From positions 11,284,001-11,348,000 of the forward strand of contig OX597818.1 of NCBI GenBank assembly GCA_951406725.2: a DNA stretch of 64,000 bases. Direction: 5' to 3'. The notes beneath the pieces are model-generated. The model was not told the DNA's origin, made no database searches, and was given only the letters and a program-made list of their open reading frames with translations. This DNA is from Octopus vulgaris (taxonomy: Eukaryota). Positions 54,158 to 64,000 of this stretch are shown in pieces; the stretch's first letter is position 1, and every line of letters starts with the position of its first letter. Both the position numbers and the translations under genes were made by a program.

Positions 54158-56112
54158 TTAACTCTTGATATGGGCTGCTGTGCAATCCAACTGTCACAAT
54201 CTGCAATAAGAACCATAGATTGAAGCCTTGGACTACCTGTTCTGGTACTTTATGTTCTAAGTTCAAATCCTACTAAGGTGAGCTATGGTTTTCATACCTT
54301 AGTTCCAATAACAGAAAGTACTAGTCATGTGCTGTAATTAATTTGACTAACCTTCTCCACTCACACCCCACATTTCAAGCCTTGTGCCTAAATTATTAAA
54401 ATAGAAAACAGAAAGTAATGATATACTCTTATAAACTTGTAAATTCTCATACAGTCATTTCATTCTTTGAAAATATTTTAGTCTTTTTTTCTTTTCACAC
54501 TAAGAATAATTACTTGTAATCATTAAAACAAAAGTTGTCTGCAGCTGTGGATTTGAAATAATTAATTAGAGGCATGATTGGAATTTCAAATTTTTTTTTT
54601 CTTTTTTAATTGTTCTATTATCCTCAATAGGAGGTAAAATAATATTATTTAGCCTTCAAATCTAAACCCAATATAAATAGACTTAGTCCCACCTTTATAC
54701 TTCAGGGTGGGGGATGGTGGAGCTTCACAATATTTTTATATGTATTCACTTCTTTAATGCTACCCATCTGTTGAATTGTTTTCCTAGACTTGAATATTTA
54801 CATATTAAGTGCTCTTTAAAATTTGGATACACTTTCTATTACTAACCAAAAATGTGAAGTAGCATGATAGCTTCAATAATATATAGGTTCCTTTTCAAAT
54901 TCTAAACATTTTAGCTTATCAGTCTATGTGTATGTATAAAGGTGATAAGTTTTACCTTTTATTGTCTCCTATCTTGAGCAGTCATGCCCTTTTCAACCCA
55001 TTCCAGTTCTCATTACTCATGTGTTTGATCAATAAAACTTTCTAATATACAAGCCAATGTAAAAACTACAGCTTGCTAAAAATAGCAACCAACTCTCCCT
55101 CCCTCAGATCACACTTTATCACAATGGTTTTTGAACAGTGCATTATATATGTCACCTTTAATAATAATTTCTATAAAAATTTAACACCATCGACACAGAT
55201 ATCTACTTGGAAGTACAGGTTAGGTAGAGTAATATAGCAAAATATGAATAAAAAGAAATGCCGAACAAAATTGGTTTCTTTTACTTAAAATAATCTGGGG
55301 TTTTTTTTATATCCTTCTTCCTTTCAAAGTATGATGTGGAGGAGGTATTTGTAAAACAATATCCGGGGCAAAGGGAGTGCTGAGCTACAAAACATTGTGA
55401 ATGATTGGTTTTCATGAATTACTTTTACCTACTCCACTGTACCTATTTACAACTTGTGAAATTTGGCCATTCCCAAACACTAGCTAAGATGGAAATATTA
55501 AATATAACCCGAGTCATAAATGCAAAACCAATAAGCATTTAACAAATGTAATTATTAGTTTATGTTTAATACAAGAGTGTGTGTTTGTGTTTGTGTGTTT
55601 GTCCTGTTCCAATTCTTTTAATAAGGTCAGGAAACAGAAACTAAGCTGTGAATATTCTTGTCAAGAATTGTGAAACTTCAAGATCACAAAATATATGTAA
55701 CCATGCACACATACAAAACATCAATGCACACACTCACAAAAACACACACGTTAGATGTCGTTTTCAAACAGAATTTATGGCATCAATTTCTGATATTCCA
55801 TATAAAAAGAAAAATAATGAATTTTTTTCCCTTTGTTATTTATTTTTAAAGGAAATACTGAGAAGACAACACATTGTACATACACACACACACACTTGAA
55901 TGCATACATAAATATATACATATGCAAGTGTATTGAATTCTTACATAGAGGCACATACATGTATGAAAATGTACATATGTGTATGTCCATATGCATGTGC
56001 ACACACAGACACACACATTGTGTGTATGGATGTATTATATATATATATTATATAATATCTATATATATATGTTTATGTGTGTATGTATATATACACATCA
56101 TTCATATGCTAT

Positions 56113-56512
56113 TCTTTTACTTGTTTCAGTCATTTGACTGTGACCATGCTGGAGCACTGCCTTGAAGGGTTTTTTTAGTCAAACAAATCAACCCCAGGAC
56201 TTATTTCTTAAGCCTAGTACTTGTTCTGGCAGTCTCTTTTATTGAACCACTAAGTTATAGGGACAATGACACACCAAATACCAGTTGCCAAATAGTGGTT
56301 GGGGGGGACCAACACAGACACAAAGAGACACATACATAGATATATACATATACAATGGGCTTCTTTCAGTTTCCGTCTACCAAATCCACTCACAAGACAC
56401 TGGTTGGCCCGAGGCTATCATAGAAGATACTTGCCCAAGGTGTCACGCAGTGGGACTGAACCCTGAATCGTGTGGTTGGGAAGCAAGCTTCTTACCACAC
56501 AGCCACACCTGC
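56113..56512 (-). mobile_element. SINE family 1, full length
   Basis: Same head, body and tail. Confidence 0.85.
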
Positions 56513-56514
56513 GA

Positions 56515-56567
56515 TATATATTTATATATATATATATATATATAGATAGATAGATAGATAGATACAT

Positions 56568-56620
<53 letters not shown>

Positions 56621-56664
56621 CATATTTATATACATACATATATATACACACACATATATATATG

Positions 56665-56709
<45 letters not shown>

Positions 56710-56749
56710 TACATACATACATACATATATATATATATATATGCATACA

Positions 56750-56782
<33 letters not shown>

Positions 56783-56837
56783 GTATATATATATATACAT
56801 ACATACATATTATATATATATATACATGCATACATAC

Positions 56838-56883
<46 letters not shown>

Positions 56884-56920
56884 TACATGTGCATGTGTGT
56901 GTGTGTCTGTGTGTGTGTGC
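56515..56920. repeat. Compound TA/CA/AGAT/ACAT microsatellite
   Basis: Seen directly; source of many spurious ORFs. Confidence 0.95.
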
Positions 56921-57094
56921 AAAGACTGAAGTTGTAATAAATAGAAAGCAGTCAGGTCTCAGCTGAGATCAGAGAAATTACCATGTTCAATATGCACAAA
57001 AGGAATTAGTAGAAAAACCATATGGTGTATTTAATGAAATTTGTGAGTGTATAAAAGGCATGGTAGTATCAATGGTAAGCTAGCATTGAATAGT

Positions 57095-57400
57095 CTCATT
57101 GATTATCCCTGATGGTCCTGCTGCTTTTCTTGCCTTTATATTCTTAATTTCACTTTTGACCATACAGATGCCAAATTCAATAGCTGATCTTGCTGTTGGG
57201 TTATCTCCTTTTCCTACACATTTTCCTAATTGAGCAACCTCTCATATTGCATGTTCATGCCTGCTTTTCACCATCAATAACAGTAAGTGTGCTGCTGTCA
57301 TTCTGATCACCCTTTTCACCTACAACATTGTGATTCGTAGGGATATTGCTTTGCAACCCAGAACAGCTTACAACTCTGATCCTCCTGTTTCAGAACATTG
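57095..57400 (-). mobile_element. RTE-clade LINE fragment
   Basis: Minus translation MVKSEIKNIKARKAAGPSGIINE (KAxGPxGI motif). Confidence 0.6.
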
Positions 57401-57461
57401 GTAAGCTTCCTACTTGTAGCTTCTCACCATGCTACACGTACATGATCTTTTATTTTTTATC

Positions 57462-57743
57462 TTCTTTACTTGTTTCAGTCATTAGACCGTGGCCATGCTG
57501 GGGCACCACCTTGAAGCGTTTTTAGTTGATTGAACCAACCCCGATACCTTGTTTTTCTAACCTTGGTACTTATTTTATTGGGCTTGTTTGCTGTACTGGT
57601 AAGTGACAGGGATGTAAGGACACCAACACCAGTTGTCAAGGCTATAGTAGAATATGCTTACCCAAGGTGCCATGCAGTGGGACTGAACCCAGAACCATGT
57701 GCATAGGAAACAAGCTTCTTATCACACAACCACGCCTGCACCT
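57462..57743 (-). mobile_element. SINE family 1, internally deleted
   Basis: Head and tail present, central microsatellite region missing. Confidence 0.75.
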
Positions 57744-58901
57744 AGCTTTTCTTCTAGCTGCCTGATATTATTCCCTGCTCCCCCTTTCATCCTCTCTATC
57801 TATGACTACCTTTTAGCATATCATCAGTCAGCTCTACTTTTCTTCTACCCTGTCCCTATCCATTTTACTGGAGCCTTGCTCCATCCATGAATCCGGTGTT
57901 GTTTGTAACAAATTGTCTTGTAAAAGTTCACAATGGTCCCTCTATGTTATAAGTTTGTATCTTTTCCTTCCCCTTTTCCTCCTGTCCTCTGCATCACCTC
58001 ATACTTCTTTGAATCTACATCAGCTGAGATATCTTTCAGTCTCCATAACTTCATTCTCCAAGCTGTCTTCAGTCTGAATCTTTCTAGTTTGTATTTTGAA
58101 ACTGAGTGGTATTTTCTTCTCCAGGAAAAGACTTAGTTGTATGAGGTCTACATGGCTACTTGTGTGTTGTCCTGATTGGCTTGCAGGTTTCCTAAAGTTG
58201 CTGTGCAGATGGTTAAGTCATTTTGATTACAGAACTCCAGGCACTTTGATTCTTCACAGCTTTCACTGTATACGTGTAACCTCCATGTACATCTGAGAAG
58301 CTGTGTTCCACAACAGGATTATTGCAAGTCATCAACTGTGATAATGAGGGAGCTGTCATTTTTTAGGAGTTTCTTAGCCCCTTAAACTTAAGGCTATAAA
58401 TATTACTGATATAGATATAGATTGATTATTCTTCATCACTCAAAGAAATGTATATTCATCTTTCACACATTCAATAAACATAACTTTTATCGACCTTCCA
58501 CAATTCTCAGTTCTGTCTGTCTTAGTGTATCAGTTTTATGAGTTCAATCATTGTCTCAGCATCAGGTTTGACACTCAGAAACACTGGTGGTTGAATTTAT
58601 GAAATCCCATTTATTGGGTTCAACACAGGAGAAGTTACATGTGGGAAAAAGATGAAGCTTCCAGAATACAAGTACATAATAGCATGTTACAGTGAGTGAC
58701 AGGTATGTGCCAGTGTGCAGATGCACATGCACACATTGACACATTGAATAAGACAACCATGTAGGAAAGCAGGAAGTCTTTCTTTTATGTATCAATAATT
58801 TACTACAACAGATTCCAAAACAAAGAATCTGTTGCTATAGTAACTGAGATTGCACATCATCATCATTCCTTCCTTTGCATTCTGCTCCTTATACACCTCC
58901 A

Positions 58902-59012
<111 letters not shown>

Positions 59013-59327
59013 TGTTCTTTACTTTCTTCTCATCACCCTGCATCACAAGTTTCTTGTGAGACAATCACTGTTTCTCTGTATATTTGCAATGGCAAGAATG
59101 ACAAGTAATTGTCTGTGCAAGGGACTTTTTCTAAAGCACCAATATATCAGTTTGTTTTTTGTTGATATTTCCATCTTTTGTCAACACATATCCATAAAAG
59201 AAGCACACACACACACATACAGCTGTGTTAAAGAAATTCACTTTGCAGTCACATGGTTCCTTTATTGTTAATTTTCAATTTGCTCACTCTGAAGAAAGAG
59301 GCAATAAAGAGTTACTGCACAGTTTCT

Positions 59328-59558
59328 TATTTCTTTATTGCCCACTAGGGGCTAAACATAGAGGGGACAAACAAGCACAGACAAAGGGATTAAGTCGATT
59401 ACATCGATCCCAGTGTGTAACTGGTACTTTATTTATCGACCCTGGAAGGATGAAAGGCAAAGTTAACTTTGGCGGAATTTGAACTCAGAACGTAGCAGTA
59501 GACAAAATACTGCTAAGCATTTCGCCCGGTGTGCTAATGTTTCTGCCAGCTCACCACC
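59328..59558 (-). mobile_element. SINE family 2 (Deu/Nin-like central domain) with 16-bp TSD
   Basis: Contains gcctttcatccttccagggtcgataaataaagtaccag. Perfect TSD ttactgcacagtttct at 59312-59327 and 59559-59574. Confidence 0.9.
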
Positions 59559-60581
59559 TTACTGCACAGTTTCTGTCTACTAAATTCCATTCACATGGCA
59601 TTAGTCAACTTACTTGCAAAATATTCAATACTGTGAGATTGAACCAGAACCACATAGTTGTGAAAAAAACTTTTTAATCATGCAGCCATGCCTGTAGCCA
59701 GGAGAAAGTGACATATTGCACATAGACATTGATAAGAAGATTGTGTATTAACTTGATGATTTAGAATAGTTAATATACATTTTTGGTTGCTGTAATAAGG
59801 ATCTGTGAAAAATGTTTAAGTACAGGGTCTGGAAGGTGATTGTTGTCATTGATGTCTAGCTCCAGGTCAAACCTGATAAAACAGAGATAAGTAAAACAAG
59901 TTTAGTTGACTGAGCAAGGCCTGATTATTAGATATACTGTGTGAAGACCATGCTATGCACTTTGACATGTAGTAGTTTGGTGTTAGTTGCTTCTTTGTAT
60001 CTGTCTCTCAAGTTTGTTTTGAGGATTCTGACTTCCCTGTTCAGATTATGTATGTGAAGTGACTTCTCTGAAAAAGAAATTACACCACTTAATAGACTTG
60101 AATGAGATTGATAAAGAGCATGGAACTTTGGTAAAATGAGATTTAGGCACATAATAGTAATAACCTTTTTGGAATTACCTTCCTGCCTAAGTTTTCTTGC
60201 TGGCATCAACTTCAAAATGTTTAAATTGAACATCAGCATTTTCAACATTACTAGTCTCAGAAGACCTACAAAGGTTATTGGAACTCCTCCATTCTCCTGA
60301 TTAAACACTAATTCTTATTCATATGTGTGTGTGTGCATATATGTATATCACCCCACTTAGTCAAGAGAGCTTTTTCTATGTACTGGGAGTTACTTGGCGA
60401 CCTCACTAGTACTGGTTCCACGAAAATAAAGCACTCAGTGCATTCTGTGTATTCATTGACATTAGAAAAAGCATCCAGCTGTAGAAACCATGCCAAAGCA
60501 AACGCTAAAGTTCAGTGCCATCCTGCAGCTCTTCAGATCCTGTCACACTGTCCAACCCATACAAGCATGGAAGATGGATGT

Positions 60582-60614
<33 letters not shown>

Positions 60615-63600
60615 TCAACAACAACAACAACTATAATAATAATAATGATGATGATAATGATGTGATATAATACAAAATATTATTTACAATACTAAAAGAA
60701 AAAAAACTAACAAAAACTGTATTTACTATTACTAATGATCTAATACAACCATCCCAGTTATTCAATCAAGTTCAATTGAGATTAGATACATTTGCTTTGC
60801 CATTCCTCTCTATGATCAACAAATCAAGAAACTGCAGCAGAAAAATTAAACTAAATACTATCTCTGCAGCTTGACAGCAATGACACCATATTAGGGAAAA
60901 TACAGTAGCAGCAGACTTAAATTCAACCAATTCATTTCTATTTCAATATTTTTTCTTTTTCCCAGATTCCTGATAGTTTCCCCCCTTTCTCTCTTATTAT
61001 CGAATATTTGTGTTATTGATTAGTTTTTGATATCGATTAGGTTTTCAGTGAAAATTTCTTTCATGAAAACTGTAGAAGAAAGGATTACAGAAAATATTTT
61101 CATGAGGATTTTTTTTTTTTCATTTAATATTGGAGGTTAAAAATTTGAATGACACATTCATATAAAATATAGATATTTGCAATACACTCACTTAGTCATA
61201 CACATTCATATATCTGTATTTAAACATATCATCATCATCATCATCACCAGTATAATCATCATCATCAACATCATCATCATCGTCATCATCATTATTGTTT
61301 TTGTATCCACTTTTTCCTGCTGGCTTGGGTCAGACAGGACTTTTCAAGGCTGTGTTTTTACAGCCAGATACCCTTCTTAATGTCAACTTTTTTTTAGTCA
61401 TCTTTTATAATGCTCACAGATATGGTATCAAACTGTATTCTAAAAAGATATATAATTTTATTTACACATATAGGCAAATGTGCTTAATATGTATGCAAAT
61501 TTATGCATGTATCTAATTATATGCTTGCATGTACACAAACACATCTTTGTGCTTGCCTGTACATGTTTGTGGATGCATGCACTTGTTAATTGACTTTGTT
61601 GCATCAGATTATGAAATATAACATTATCTCAAGCATTTATGTTGAGAGATATTAGATAATAGTCTATTATAGTTATGTACATATACTGTTAATTCTGTAT
61701 TGGGTCATTGTATTTCACTAAGTTGGCATCATTAGACATGAAACATTCACATCTGCGTAACAGATGCCCTCCATCCACTACAAATCATGTTTTATTTTTT
61801 CTGCTTGTTCTTTGTAGCCCTAGAGAACAATATGCGTTCAGTGGTTATTTGCACTAAGTAAATATTTTTATGAGAATGTTTAAGTTCATTTTTCTTTTTT
61901 TTTTCTCTGTTTTTCTCTTTTTAATACTTGTATTTATTGCCACTTTGGAATTTGTATAAAAAAAATTTTTTTTGAAATATTCTGTCTCTAGAATTTTGTA
62001 CCTTCTGACATCATTAATCTGAAGTAAATAATTTCTTTGGTTTTGTTGTTGAATCAAGCATGCCTATTGTTGTTGTTGAATCAAGTATTCAAGTATACAT
62101 ATCATCAAAAATCTTCTGGATATAGTGGTTACAGTTTCCTATATATCACTCCTATTTTTAAGACTGTAGGTTTTAATCTGAGTGTGAGCTTTATTGACTT
62201 TTCTAGCAGAATGAGCAACCTAATATGAGCTCCATTACACTGAAGCAATGCTGATTCACTAGTTATGATCATTTATACCTATCCTAGTACCTGACTGATA
62301 CTTTATTTTATCACTTGAACAAGCATGAAAAAAATGTTAGCCTGAGTAGTTTTTGAACTCAAAATATAACCAAAACCACAACAGAAAAAGAAAAAAAATG
62401 TTCAATACTCTAACAATTCTGCCAATTTATCATGATTGTTGCCTGTTTCTCAGTAATAAAGCAAATATACAGACACAACTTTTGAAGACATATGTGAAGA
62501 AAGGTACTGTACTAACAATGGTCAGGTAGAGGTCATTCAGTCTTAAAACCCAGTGTTGAATAATATCTGCTGGATATTTGAAGCTACATCTAATGATCTA
62601 GGTATATTTTTTACTCTACTGCAGAGTATGTTTAGTTGAATAGTGTAGACTGCCAATAGTTTCATTTGTAATGTGATTGCTTTATAGTAACTTTCTTTCA
62701 TTTATTCATCAAATTTTGCTAACTGAAAGAGGTAGTGACCTTCCTAACTCAGTGAAATTGATGTCATTAACATTCCACTCAAATTGTTGTTGCAAGTTAA
62801 CTCTAATGAAAAAACATGCAAGGAGAGAATTCCAGAGGGCTGATGTTCTGGGTATAGTGGTTCATGTGAGTCTTGGCTATTAGACACAATACAGGTAATA
62901 AAAGGAAGAGAAGTGAGTTGAGATTGCTTGAGTGGTAGTGATGGTGGTAGAGGTATAAAATCATCCTGCTCTGAGGAACAGAGGCCAATGTATTAACAAT
63001 GGCAAAAGCAGTGAGAAGACACATGTCTGTGGGTCAGAAAGTGGAGTGTGTTTGTGAATGATTTCATGTCATTTAGTTGAGAGGCCTTTCTCTGAATACA
63101 GTTTAATTTGTCTGTGTGTGTGGTAGCAGCATTGTCCCAGATGGGGCAGCAGTACTCCATTATGCATCTTACTTGAGCTTTGAAGAGGTTTAGTGGTTCT
63201 CAACTTAAACTTTACAGAAGCTTTGTAGTTCTCTGTCTGTCTCTTCTTCCCCTCCATTCCTCTTGTACTCTCTCATTCTCTATCTTTGTACTTCCTTCCA
63301 CTCTCGCTATGATATATTATAGTTGCAGTTTAATTCAGATGCATAACTAGATATATGACAGCTATACACATATGATCAAGGAGCTGCTATATGGTTGGTA
63401 GACCTGCTAGAAATAGCAACTAAGTCTCCTTCAAATCATATTTTACTGTCCTATGCAAAAGAGGAAAATAGTCTGTCTGATTAGGGGTCAAACATACCTC
63501 CCAAGTGGTATCTGTCTATTAGCTGTCCAATAGAAGTTAGTTAATACTGTCTATGGCTACCATCTTCAGACTTATACCATTAAGCATTATTACTTCATAG

Positions 63601-63619
63601 ACATAATAACTAATATAAT

Positions 63620-63760
63620 TCAGGATTCACATCATGATAATTCATGATATTATTATATTCTAAGATTATATCATGATAATCTGTGATTGTAACATGGTAA
63701 TCTGAATTTATATCATGTTAATCCAACTTTATATCATGATAACATCAGATTATATCAGGC
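63620..63760. repeat. Degenerate ~21-bp minisatellite
   Basis: Recurrent gattatatcatgataat-like units. Confidence 0.6.
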
Positions 63761-64000
63761 TAGGTATCTTGGAACCATATTGCATATCACCATGTTTATA
63801 TTTTTTATTGTGCATTTTGTTTCTCTTCTGATTTTTATTGCTTCAGTTTTTATGTACATGAGTGACAGCACATTTATTTCTTCCTATTTTAGAAGTATCT
63901 TTTGATAGCACTCTTTGGTTCTCTGGCCATCTTCATCTGTTCTACTACTTCTGTTGCATATAATCTACACACATTGTTACTCAGCTCTTGTTCACTGTTT

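Noticed and set aside
59928-60308. 126-aa minus-strand ORF
   Set aside because: No recognisable domain or splice support; probably chance or a decayed repeat.
63620-63760. Spaced repeats that could suggest a CRISPR array
   Set aside because: Eukaryotic context, degenerate tandem units, no unique spacers and no cas genes.

Overview
AT-rich, microsatellite- and SINE-dense eukaryotic DNA. The repeat repertoire suggests an octopus (coleoid cephalopod) genome, which is an inference. The window appears to lie mostly in large introns of a + strand Roundabout (Robo) receptor gene. One clear exon (46740-46939) encodes the MKTF...PYATTTLI CC0/CC1 cytoplasmic region, a phase-compatible 65-nt exon lies at 36216-36280, and there are several microexon candidates. 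Most listed ORFs are microsatellite or repeat artefacts. The introns hold several SINE families, RTE-LINE fragments, a decayed mariner, hAT-, piggyBac- and Tc1/mariner-type MITEs, a Helitron-like insert and several long hairpins. The most notable element is a ~590-bp insertion in a (TA)n tract (13022-13611). It is a 1.25-mer of a 472-nt unit carrying an intact type I hammerhead ribozyme on the minus strand, i.e. a retrozyme or Penelope-like unit. Degenerate hammerhead-like cores occur elsewhere in the window. All analysis was by eye; no database searches were run.
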